DNA from: Vicugna vicugna
Lineage: Eukaryota
Direction: 5' to 3'
Assembly (NCBI GenBank): GCA_013265495.1
Contig: MU057597.1
Location: 148,563-212,562 of the forward strand
DNA: 64,000 nucleotides
Part shown: positions 27,359 through 39,229 of the stretch, piece by piece
How the letters are laid out: each line of letters starts with the position of its first letter
Position numbering within the stretch: the stretch's first letter is position 1
Made by a program: the position numbers and the translations under genes
Notes under the pieces: model-generated
Database searches by the model: none
What the model was told of the DNA's origin: nothing
The model's input: only the letters and a program-made list of their open reading frames with translations

Positions 27359-29281
27359 TTAGGGTTTTTCTCCTGACTGGATTAGTTGATGTTCTGTGAG
27401 ATGTGAGCCTTGATGTGAGGTTTTGAAACCCTTATTACGTTTATAAGGTCTCTGACCACAATGAATTCTCTGATGATTGTTAAGGTTTGTTTTTGTGCTA
27501 AAACCCTTGCTGCACTCATTACATTTGTAAGGTTTCTCTCCAGTATGAATTCTCTGATGTTTTGCAAGCTCTGCTTTGTGATTAAAGGCACTGCCACACT
27601 CATTACATTTATAAGGTCTCTTTCCAGTATGAATTCTGTGATGAATTCTGAGGGTTGATTTATACCTGAAGACCTTGCCACACTCACAACATTGATAAGG
27701 CTTCTCTCCAGTATGAATTCGCTGATGGTTTGCAAGCACTCCTTTGCGACGAAAGGCCTTGCCACACTCACTACATTTATAAGGTCTCTGTCCAGAATGA
27801 ATCCTCTGATGATTGTTAAGATTTGCTTTTACGCTAAAGACCTTGCTGCACTCATTACATTTGTAAGGTTTCTCTCCAGTATGAATTCTCTGATGGTTTG
27901 CAAGGACTCCTTTGCGACGAAAGGCCCTGCCACATTCATTACATTTGTAACGTCTCTCTTCAGTATGAATTCCGTAATGACTTCTGAGGGTTGATTTACA
28001 CCTGAAGACCTTGCCACACTCACTACATTGATAAGGTTTCTCTTCAGTATGAATTCTCTGATGACTTCCAAGGGCTTTTTTGTAACAAAAGCCCTTGCCA
28101 CACTCGTTACACTTGAAAGGTCTCTCTCCAGTATGAATTTTTTGATGAATTGCAAGATTTCCTTTATAGCGAAAGACTTTGCCACAGTCATTACATTTAA
28201 AATGTTCCCCTTCATTATGAATTTTCTGATGAACTGCAAGATTTCCTTTATATCGAAACACTTTGCCACACTCATTACATTTAAAATGTTTCTCTCCAGT
28301 ATGAATCCTCTGATGAATTGCAAGGGATGAATTTCGACGGCAGCTTTTTCCACAGACATCACATTTATATGATCTTTGTCCTGAATGGACTACTTGATGT
28401 TGCCTGAGATGTGATCTCTCACAAAAGCTCTTGCCACACTCACTGCATTTATAAGGTCTCTCTCCAGAATGAATCCTATCATGCTTTGCAAGACTTTGAA
28501 TGAGACTAAATACCTTGCCACACTCATTACACTTGTAAGGTTTCTCTCCAGTATGAATTCTCTCGTGCCTGTGAAGAGTGTCTTTATGATTAAAGACCTT
28601 GCCACACAAATTACATGTGTAACGTCTCTCACGAGTATGAATTCTCTGATGTCTTGCAAGTTTTGAATGAAAAGGGAAGACTTTTCCACATACATCACAT
28701 TTATATAATTTCTGTCCTGAATGGATGATCTGGTGTGTACTGAGGTATGACTCTTGGAGAAGAGCTTTGCCACTCTGAGTACTTTTGTACAGTCTTTCAC
28801 TGTGTGTCTTCAGGTCTCGTGTCAGTACTGAAAGATGCATAAAATCACTCCCATCTATTTCAGAAATGTTAGTTTGGAAACTAGCAGAATTTCCTAGAAG
28901 TTGTGAAAATGAGGCACTACTGTTGCTTGTCTTGTCAGCTTCATTAAATAAATCAATTTTCTCTTCACTTTTAAAACTATGCAGTTCATTTTTAAAGCTT
29001 AATGCAAGTCTGTTTCCCATGGGCTTGGTTCCTGCACCACTTGTGCCACGTTGGTCTCTCTCTTCACNNNNNNNNNNNNNNNNNNNNNNNNNNNNNNNNN
29101 NNNNNNNNNNNNNNNNNNNNNNNNNNNNNNNNNNNNNNNNNNNNNNNNNNNNNNNNNNNNNNNNNNNNNNNNNNNNNNNNNNNNNNNNNNNNNNTTCATG
29201 TCTTCATCGCTGTTTGGAGTAATTTTTTATCCATATTTGCCTTCACTTGTAATTTCTTGATCACAAGTATATGAGACATAT
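27359..29281 (-). CDS. KZFP gene B terminal exon: spacer + 15 intact C2H2 fingers flanked by 2 degenerate ones; as assembled it has a premature TGA at 29198-29196 and spans an N gap
   Basis: TTATAG|AT acceptor at 29283-29282; 553-aa open frame from 29020; close paralog of the gene C exon. Confidence 0.85.
29068..29194. other. Assembly gap (127 N) inside the gene B spacer
   Basis: Run of N. The equivalent sequence in gene C is 124 nt (49745-49868). Confidence 0.99.
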
Positions 29282-29713
29282 CTATAAAGAACCATAAGTA
29301 CCCTATTCATTAAATTCATCAGTAAATGTTTAACATTAAATACATGATAGTACACTAAAAGTAGTGCTTATACCAAACAGCGATATAAAGCCACCTAGCA
29401 TGATCTTGTAAGTTTTAGGAACACAGAATACTAGGATTCTTTACCAAAAATGAAGTGATCAAAGGTAATTCTAATAATTTTATGACAGCCTAGTTTCAAA
29501 CAACCTATGACAAAGGACACAAATGGAACAAAGTTCTTTTTCCTATCAAAGAAATTATTTTTCCTTGGTAACTCCAAATCACATACTAATTAACAGTAGA
29601 TACTGCTGTTTCATAATTGAGGATGAAACTATTATTCTACATAAATTTTGCATACTTACTGTAAAGGAAGAATTGCTAAGGAAGAGAAAATAGCCTGTGA
29701 AAGAACATATCTA

Positions 29714-30008
29714 AAGGGATAGACTGGGATTTCAAAATTGTAGAATAGATAAGCAAGATTACACTGTATATTTGACACAACATTGTAAAATGATTATAAA
29801 TCAATAAAAAATGTTAAAAAAAACAAACAAAAAAGATTACACTGTATAGCACGGGGAAATATACACAACATGTTATGATAAATCACAGAGAAAAAAATGT
29901 GACAATGAGTGTGTATATGTCCATGAATGACTGTAAAATTGTGCTGAACACTGGAATTTGACACAACACTGTAAAATGATTATAAATCAATAAAAAATGT
30001 TAAAAAAA
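29714..30008 (+). mobile_element. B-specific short L1 3'-end insertion with TSD and internal duplication
   Basis: Flanked by AAGAACATATCTA (29701-29713) and AAGAACACATCTA (30009-30021); two poly(A) tails; absent from unit C (~50375-50395). Confidence 0.75.
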
Positions 30009-30299
30009 AAGAACACATCTAGCATTCTGAGTAATAACTAAAATTCATGGCAGTTTAGAATAGGGAAACAAATTCAGTAGAGAAAAAATTAAGAATTCGA
30101 CAAACGAATTAAAAATAAAAATTTTTTTCAAAATACTTCCTAAGAAAAAATACACCCATAAGTTGGGGAGATGAAATATTTCCTTCAAGGGTCTTCAATA
30201 AAAATAAACTTCTGTTTGCCCAACGAAGTCTCCACTGTGAAAAGAGGACTCCAAACACTATTAATGCTGTGGCTTCCTCTCTACCCTCTGAGAGCTGAC

Positions 30300-30454
30300 C
30301 TGTGTTCACACTTTTCATACAATCTGACCTATTGGGGTGTTTTTTCTTTTTTTTTTTTCTTTTTTTTGCTATTTTCAAGTCTCCTCCCATAGTTTAGGGC
30401 TCTTTGCTATTCCCCCCCAAAACGGAGATAATATTCAGATCAGAAACAGAAACC
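30300..30454 (-). pseudogene. Decayed KRAB-B-like exon of gene B
   Basis: VSVSDLNIISV...KEP*TMGGDLKIA...KSVNT, with TAA (30396-30394) replacing the W of EPW and an expanded A tract; CAG|GTCAG donor. Confidence 0.7.
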
Positions 30455-30805
30455 CTTGACTATCAGAAGAAAGAACTGCAAAATGCTGTATCTTGTCCAG
30501 AATCACAACTCTCTTCTTTAGCTGAGGAGTGAGGACTCTTCAGATGTGTCTGGGAAAATGGTAACTTCCCACCACATGCCTCCAGAATATATAGAGACCA
30601 GTGTGGTATGCAAGTATCTAGCTCTCTTCCTAACAATACAGAGTGAAGAGCCAAGATAGAAGGCAGAAGACAGGAAGCTGGGAATTCTTTAAGAGTTTGC
30701 CATTGAGCTTAATTGATAATTCAGCCCTGGAACAACCCCTAATATAACATGAAAAGGGCAGATCATCTGAAGAAAGGGTCACTTTAAAGCCACTGTACTA
30801 TATCA

Positions 30806-31066
<261 letters not shown>

Positions 31067-31754
31067 TCACCAAGGGGTCAAGAGGAGAGTTCTTATCTCC
31101 ATACAAAGTGGAAAGAGAGAAAGGTTAAGGATTGTTTCAGGTGAAGTAAGTATTCTGACAGATTGAAGTTAAGTATTTGGACCAAACTGTGTGTCCCCGT
31201 TATATTTTTTAATTTTTCTCTTTCCTGCTTTAAATTGTTCCATGTCTTCCTATGAGACTATGATATCATCCAATTAATAGAGATTTGTTGTCTGTGTAGA
31301 TAATCCATGACACACATGTAAATAAGACTCAGCGAGTTGTCTATGCCACTGCAGTAGATTTTCTGTCCTACACACAGAGTGACAGTCAATATCTAGATGA
31401 GCTACAGCATGAGTGGTGTCTTCAGAGATGACAAAGTCCACATCGGCTTTACAGAAATGTCAAAATCTCAATTATAATGATGATAACAACAACAATGATT
31501 AAAAGTGTTGGAATACTTCCTTTAGGCTAAACTCAAGAAAAGTAATTTAGAGGCATGAATTTTGTTATCAACATAATATCTCATTAGGAGAGATCTGTTC
31601 CCTTCTTACAAAGGAAAAAACTGTGTCACAGACACACTGAGAAACTCAAATCAACTCGAGAAGCTAAGAAATGTCACAGCAAGGACCTGAACTCAGAGGT
31701 TTGGGCTTGAAATTCAACCTTAGGATTCAAAACAGTGAAGGTACAGAGAAATTC

Positions 31755-32430
31755 TGGAGAGGCTTTGGAGAAATGGAAACCCTACACTGTTGGTAGGAAT
31801 GTAATTTGGTCCAGCCACCATAAAACACACTACAGAGATTCCTTAAAAACTTGAAAATAGAGGTACACTTTGATCCAGCAATCCCACTCCTGGGCACTGA
31901 TCAGAAGAAAACTCAAATGCAAACTAGACATGCATCCCAAGGTGCACAGCAGCAGCATTTACAGTAGCTGAGACATGGAAGCAACCTGAATGTCCTTTGA
32001 CAAAGACTAAATAAAGGCGGCGTGGAATATCCAGAGTGAAACACTACTCAGCCTTAAAAAAAGAATTAAATGCCAGTGGCAGCAACATGGATGGGCCTAG
32101 GGATTATCATACTAAGCGAAGTAAGTCAAAGACAGATACATATGCTACCACTCATATGTGCAATCTAAAAAAATGATACAAATGAATGTATTTATAAAAC
32201 AGACTCAAAGACATAAAAAACATATTCATGGCGACCAAAGAGGAAAGTGGGGGAGGGATACATCAGGAGTATATGCTATACTGCATATAGCACAGGGACT
32301 ATATTCAATACCTCAAAATAATCTTTAATGAAAAAGAATACTATATATGTATGCATAAGTGTATCACTCTGCTGCACACCATAAACTAACAGAAGACTGT
32401 AAATCAACTGTAACTCAATTTTAAAAAAGG
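31755..32430 (+). mobile_element. LINE-1 ORF2 end/3' UTR fragment (paralog ~52110-52845)
   Basis: tggagaaatggaaaccctacactgttggtaggaatgt, gatccagcaatcccactcctggg, gcaacatggatgggcctagggattatcatact. Confidence 0.85.
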
Positions 32431-32859
32431 AAACACTAGATGCATTCCTTCTGAAATTACACTCAAGTGAAGTGGCTTGGCCGGGGCTCCAGCCTCTCAC
32501 CACTGTACAATGTGCCTCAGCAGGGACCAACAGAGGAAGCAACGAGAGGAAAAACAGACAGGGAGTGACACAGAGACACAGACACAGAGGGAGTGTGTCA
32601 GAGAGTGGGAACTGTTAACTCTCACAAATCTAAGGAGAGGGAAAAGCTAAAGCTGAAAGGGTGGGAGAAGCCATCCCACCTACAGAGAGCAGGCGACTAC
32701 ACTGTGGGGCCAAATGACATCCTTCAAAGTCCAAAAGCCCCCATTCCTGGGCTCTCAGAAGTCTGTCTGCCATCACCCCAAAGATAAAGTATGTTCTGTC
32801 CTGGGTGTGTTCACCAGTTAATGCCCAATCTCACACTAGCTCAGGCTGGCTTCTTTCAG

Positions 32860-33160
32860 GCTGGTCTCCACCTTATCCATCATAAATTCCACAGCCCTTC
32901 ACAACCCTGAGACTCTTACCTCACCTACAACAATCAAAAAACTTGGGCACAGCCCCCAACCCATTGACTTCACCAGCTCCTCCGCCCCGCCCCGAAAAGG
33001 ACCATGGACTTTCATCACAACATTCACACAGGCACACCTCGTGTGTGCGCTCCACTGCTGTCTATGGCAGTGTAACCTGATACTTTCCTTTTCTATTTCC
33101 AGTCTTTGTCTCTGGTAAATTCTTTTAGCACCCATGCACCTGTCCACTTTGTTCCCCAAC
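32860..33160 (+). mobile_element. ERV LTR-like fragment (paralog ~53300-53595)
   Basis: U5-like ctctggtaaattcttttagcaccc, ending ...cccaaca. Confidence 0.4.
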
Positions 33161-33164
33161 ATAC

Positions 33165-36080
33165 GCTGTATCAGGCAAAATGACAAAATAAAGACAAAAA
33201 ATGACACAAGATACAAAAGATATTACATAATGTTAAATGAGTTCATTCACCAAGAAGATAAAAGAATTGTATGTTTATACTTAACATTTGAGCTTCCCCG
33301 AAAATGAAGCAAACTTTAACAGAAATGAAGAAAGAAACAGAATCAGCTCAGAAATAGTTGAGGACTTCAGTGATCCAGTTTCACTTCTGGATGGAACCAG
33401 ACTGAAGATCAAAAGGAAACACAGGACCTGAACAACACTACAGACTGACTGGACATAACACACACGTACAGATCACTCCACCAACAGCAGCAGAAAACAC
33501 GTGCTTCTCAAGCACACATGAAATATTCTCCATGACAGAGCACATGTTAGGCCACAAAAGAAATCCTAACAATTTTAAGACATAGAGATCATAAAATGTA
33601 ACTTCTTCTAATCACAATGAAATAAAACTAAAACAGGAGAAAGAAAAAGGAAAAATTCTGCAAAATATGAAAACTAAGCAACCAATTCTTAAACAATCTA
33701 TGGGATAAAGAAGAAATCACACGAATATTCTTAAACATTTGGATGAAAATGAAAAGACAACATGCCGTAATTTATAACATGCAGCGAAGGCTGTGGTTAA
33801 AGGGAAGTCGACACAGCAAAATAGTTACAACAAAATGCAAAGGATTTCAAATCAGAAAACCATTTTTACATCTCAAGAAAGTAGAATGAGAAGGACAAAC
33901 TAAATTCAACTTTAGCAAAGAAAGGGTGAAATAAGATTTGACCAAAGAACAGGAAAAGGAAATTAGAAACATTTAAATATCAACAAAGCAAGAGTTGGTG
34001 TTTTGAAAAAACTTAAATGGAAAAACCCTTAACTAGAAAATGAAAAAAGAAGAAAAAAATTATGAAGAAACCTAATTACCTCCCCCTAATAAAAAACACA
34101 AACAAAGGAGGTTCCTGGCTTCAGTCCCCAGTACCTCCTCCTCCAAGCGGAAATCAATGAAGAAACCTAATTACCTCCCCCTAATAAAAAACACAAACAA
34201 CACAAGTAATTGATATTGAAGTCATACTTTAAAAGACTATAAGGGAATGTTATATACAATAATGCCTACAAGCTACATAATCTAGAACATTTTTAGAAAC
34301 ACACAACCTACTGAACCTTAATCATTAAAAAATAAAAAAGTTGAACCAAATTATGACTTGAGAGACTCAAGTAGTAATCAAATATCTAAAACAAAAAAAC
34401 ATCTAGGCTCACACAAGTGCACTGTAGAATTCTACTATTAAAAAAAGAATAATCTGAAAAAAAATTTATCTTAAATGCTGCTAAAAATTCTCGAGGCAAG
34501 ATACTGAAACGAAATCCACAGAAAGACCCAACAAGAAAGGGGACCTAAAAATCAATACTCCTCATGAATACTGGTGCAAAATCCTTGACAAAGTACTAGC
34601 AAACCAACTTCAACAGCACATTCAAAATATCTGAATGACTGAACCCAGGACCTCGTGGGTGCTGAGCATGTGCTCTACCACTTGAGCTATATATACCCTT
34701 CCCCTATATCAGTTGCAATCTCTTTTGTTTGATATCTGGTTTTTGTTATTTTTCTCTTCTGTTTTTCTAATCTAGTTAAGGTATTTATTCTTATAAGTCA
34801 AGGGGGCCTCAATACACAAAAATCAATTCATTTGTTAGACCACATAAACATTTTAAAGAAAAAATGCCACACAGATCATCTCACCTGATGCATAAAAACC
34901 CATTCTGCAAAATTAAACAACCTTTCAAGATATTAGCACTGAACAAAATAGAAACAGTAAATGACTCAAAAGAATATATACCATTTATAGGGTGGGCATT
35001 AGCGGTAGAGTGCATGCCTAGCATACACGGGCTCCAGGGTTCAAACCCTAGTACCTAAAACAAGTAAATAAATAAACCCAACTACCTTCCCCAGAAGCAA
35101 ACAAAAAAAATGAATATGACTTATGAAACACATACAGCTAACATCACACAAAAAAGTTAAACAATGGAAGTTTTTTCCTCTCATGTCAGGAAGAAGTCAA
35201 GGATGTACACTCTCTGCACTACTGTTTCAAAAAGTACTGAAACTCCTGCCAGTGCCATTAGACAAGAAAAAGAAATCAAAGTTTTCAAAGTGAAAAACAA
35301 GTAAAATTAACTTGTTTCTTACATGATACGGTTATAAATGTATAATCTGTAAAGATTCCACAAGAAAACGGGTACATCAAATAATAATTTTAGAAAAGTC
35401 GCATAATACAAAACCAACATGCAAAACTCAGCTGCATTTCATTATACAATAAGCAATGTCAATAGAAAATTAGAGAAGAAAAGATTTAGTAAGTATTTAA
35501 AGAGGGATGAAATATTTAGCAATACATTTGCCAAGAAGGGTAACGTCTTATAAACAGAAAACTATTAAACATTCCTAAAAGAAATCCAAAAATATACACA
35601 TAAATGGACAGAAAACCTGTACTCATGCACTGCAAGTATTAATACTCTTGAAATGTCCAAACTACCCAAACTCTTCTACACATTCAAGGAGTCATTAACA
35701 AAATTCCAATGGCTTTCTCTGCAGAAATAGGAAAAACACGCTAAAGGTTATAGGAAATTTCAAGTGGCCCAAATACCCAAAACGCTGGAAGAAGAAACAT
35801 GGAGGCCTCCTTTTTTCAGATTTTAAAGCATCCTACAAAGTAATCAAGATGGTGCATTACTGGCATAGACACAGATACACAAATCAATGGAACAGAAGAG
35901 AATGCTCAGATACAATCCTTTGCATCTATTTAAAATGTACTGACAAGGACGTTAAGATTGCAGAGTGGAAAAAAGAGTCTCACAACAAATGGTGCTGGGA
36001 AACTGGGTATTTACCTGTAAAACAATGAAGCTGAAACCCTGTGTGTCAAAAAACACAACCAACACAGTGAAAAGGAAAAA
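33165..36080 (+). mobile_element. Degraded LINE-1 ORF2 (endonuclease to RT) with nested SINEs
   Basis: Long A-rich tract with L1 ORF2 motifs (ttctcaagcacacatgaaatattctcc, catgttaggccacaaaa, gcaaaatccttgacaaagtactagcaaacc, aaatggtgctgggaaactgg). Confidence 0.85.
34990..35109 (+). mobile_element. Vic-1-like SINE shared with unit C (55321-55445)
   Basis: A-box-like tagcggtagag, B-box gggttcaaaccc, A-rich tail; same site in both units. Confidence 0.75.
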
Positions 36081-36344
36081 AAAAAAAACGGAAGAATGGA
36101 GGTGATGAAAGTGATATAAAGAATTTCCAACCCTCAAACACTTAATTTCATAGTTTAAAACAGATGATGGACTAAAACACCCACTATCACTGATATCTCT
36201 TACTCATTATGATTTCAGTCAGTGACTCACTCATTCAGCTTCGATTCTCTTAGAAAAAGTCACAACAAATTTCCCCTTATTGCTCTATTTCCAGATTTTA
36301 CCAGGTATTGGGCACGTTAATACCGACATCTACATGCAGCTTCT

Positions 36345-36472
36345 ATTTATTTTAATGAAGGTACTGTGGATTGAACCCAGGACCTCAGGTAAATATTGTT
36401 TTAAATATTTTGCTTTATTTATTTTTTATTTTGTTTTGGGGGAAGGTAATTAGGTGTACTTATTTATTTTAA
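36345..36472 (-). mobile_element. Rearranged Vic-1-like SINE fragments shared with unit C (~56840-56967)
   Basis: gaaggtactgtggattgaacccaggacct followed by tail ggggaaggtaattagg; the same arrangement in C. Confidence 0.65.
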
Positions 36473-36799
36473 ACATTTGTGTCTCCCTTATCTTGATTCA
36501 TAGATTGGACAGTGCATCCAGGTGGGCCGCTACACAACCCTGCTGCCCAACAGCACTGACACACCAGTTGTTTGAATCCACTAGTGTGAAGCCCTGCCCA
36601 GGACAATGCTCAGTGGAGACTCTTCGCACGTTCTAGGTCACTGGGTCATGGGGATGGAATCTAAGTGGAGATGACAAACACTGAGGAAAGAAGCTGGGTG
36701 ACTGTGAATGTACAGGCATTAGGCTGGATACTTCAGGGTCAGACAAGATTCGCAGGTCCAAAAGAGGGCATTTTGGAAGGACAGACAAAACAATCAACT

Positions 36800-37285
36800 A
36801 ATGTGGTATATATACACAAGTGAAAACTACTCAGCCAAAAAAGAATAAAATGTCATCTGTAGCAACATGGACGAATGTGGAGTTCATCATTCTAAGTGAA
36901 CAACAGGAAACAGAAAAAAATACTATAGGATATCACTTATATGTGGAATCTAGAAAAAAGAGTCTAAAAAAAACCCCACACAGATAAACTTATTTACAAA
37001 AGAGCAACAAACTTACAGACATAGAAAACTTAGGGTTACCAGGGAGAATAGTGGGTGGGAAGGAATAAGTTGGGAGTTCGAGATTTGCAGATACTAACTA
37101 CTATATAAAATAGACAAACAACTTTATACTGTATAGCACAGGGAACTATATTCAGTACCTTGTAGTAACCTATAATGAAAAAGAACATGGAAAGGAATAT
37201 GTGTGTGTGTGTGTGTGTGTATGAAGGCAACGTTATGCTGTACATCAGAAATTGACACAACGTTGTAAACTCACTATACTTTGAT
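36800..37285 (+). mobile_element. LINE-1 3' UTR fragment beside exon 2 (paralog ~57297-57830)
   Basis: gatatcacttatatgtggaatct, gagatttgcagatactaactac, ctgtatagcacagggaactatattc. Confidence 0.85.
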
Positions 37286-37323
37286 AATGAAGAGAAAAAA
37301 ATCCACTCAGAATATGAATTTAC

Positions 37324-37338
37324 CTGAGAAGGAGCCAT
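37324..37338 (-). CDS. KZFP gene B first coding segment MAPSQ (exon 2 extends to ~37413-37421)
   Basis: GGAATGG start context; CAG|GTAAAT donor; acceptor TTTTCAG at 37423-37422. Confidence 0.85.
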
Positions 37339-37914
37339 TCCTGACTCCTCTTCTTTCCTCTTCCTCTTCTTCCCGACTTCTTCCTCAGACAAGTGGAGTC
37401 TTCAGAGATCAATCTTTCAAGCTGAAAACATTCATTTAATGCTCCTAAAAAACATATCCACTTCCTGGGCCACAACCACATACATCGGGGGAACCTCACC
37501 ACCTGCACTAAACAGTCCTCTTCTGCCCACTATCACAGGAGGGACTCCGGACAGGTAACTACACACACAGACCAACCAGGGAGTTCTTCACATTTCTTGG
37601 TATCTCACCCCACTCGTGGTGAGGCCTACAAAGCGATTATTTCACAAGTGTATCCACTGTGTAATAATTCTTACAGGAAAGTAATTTATACTTCTATCAA
37701 CTCGAGATTACCATTTTGCCTCTATGTGGTGATTCCAAGTATACAGTCGCACTATGAGAGTAACTACAGTCAGCAGGCTGTACATTAGATGTGCGGGTTG
37801 CACTATTTTATTTTACAACTCAACGTTCTGTAACCTTTGGCCTACATCTCCCCGTTTCCCTCTCCACCCAGCCCTCAGGACAACCTTTACACTCCAAGAC
37901 TCTATGAGTCTGAC

Positions 37915-38196
37915 ATTTCAGGTTTCCAAGTAGTGTCCTTCTTCTGTCCTAATACTGTCATAATTCATGGCTGACATAAATTTTCTGTCCACCCATGTGT
38001 CAATAGACATTTTAGCTCATTCTGCATCTCGGCTGTCCTGAATAATGCAGTAATATATTTCAGGTTTCCAAGTAGTGTCCTTCTTCTGCCCTAATACTGT
38101 CATAATTCATGGCTGACATAAATTTTCTGTCCACCCATGTGTCAATAGACATTTTAGCTCATTCTGCATCTCGGCTGTCCTGAATAATGCAGTAAT
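37915..38196. repeat. Direct tandem duplication of 140 bp (37915-38054 and 38057-38196)
   Basis: Two copies with one visible mismatch and a 2-nt AT spacer; unit C has a single copy (58437-58576). Confidence 0.95.
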
Positions 38197-39229
38197 GCTC
38201 ACTGGAGTGCAGGTATTTCCCTAAATAAAATGATTTCGTTTCCTTTGAATATCTAGCCAGAGGTGTGTAATTTAAGCAAACAAACGTTAAATGTATTACA
38301 TTGTAAAGCCATCAATCAGTATGACGCAGATTAGTTGTCCACATCCAACAACTCACCTGCCATCTGCATTCAGTTTGCCCCCTCAACCTGCACTATGTGT
38401 TTCCATTTCATTCTTTATCTGTCTCCCTATTTCTTTCTGTGTCTCTATCTTTGTTCCCCTCTACCCTCCCTCTGTCCCTGCTGCGCTCCTATCCCCTCCC
38501 TGGCTCCGGTCCTGCCCCACTCGGCAACGTGTTTCCCCTCTTGCTGCTCTTTCCCCCCAACCTTTCTGATTGCCCTGTATCTCCACGGATTTCTGCCTGA
38601 TTCTTCCTCCACCTCTGCTCCCTGTCTGCCCTCCGGCTTACATCCCTTCTATCCTTTCACCCTCCCTTCCTCCCCACTCTCACACCCCAGGAGGCTGTGC
38701 CTCCTTCCTGCTCTTTCTCTTCCTCTGCTCTCCAAGTCAATAGCTGTCCTCTGTTTGTCTCCCGGGATCACCATGCTTTGAAGGCCATGGTTCCAAGTCT
38801 TTTAAACTCTCTCCCACTCCCTGTGTGAAGCGCCTAACCGTTGTTAGTCACCCTGTCTTCCCGCCGACCCAGGGCCCCTCTCCTGCTGTGGCTCTCCAAT
38901 GCCCGGAGATCCTGTTCCTTTATTCACGTGTGTGTTTTATCCACCTGCTACTTCAAGAGATAAATCTATTTACTACCGTTTTGCAAGTGCCTCAGCCATC
39001 CTCAACGACACCATCGATTCTCCATCATTCTTTTCTCCTTCTCGGGGTTTCTATTTTTCTCTGAGCTGCTCTTTGTCTCTTGTTCAACTGAACCCCTCGC
39101 CCAAAAATTTACTGGAAGAGTGAATAAATGCCCGCCTAAAGGAAGAGACTGTTTTCCAGCGGGGTGGAATTTGGGACGTAACAATACCGGGAGGTCACAC
39201 GGCTGACTCAAGTCACCTCCCCCTACAAG

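Noticed and set aside
27359..28760. 84-bp periodic repeat resembling a repeat-spacer array
   Set aside because: It is the zinc-finger coding repeat in mammalian DNA, not CRISPR.
28785..29274. ORFs containing X runs
   Set aside because: Artefacts of translating through the N gap.
38291..38781. ORFs with identical or near-identical translations in B and C (38291/58671, 38335/58715, 32593/53007)
   Set aside because: Identity is at the DNA level in all frames, in low-complexity intron sequence. This fits conversion or duplication rather than protein-level selection.
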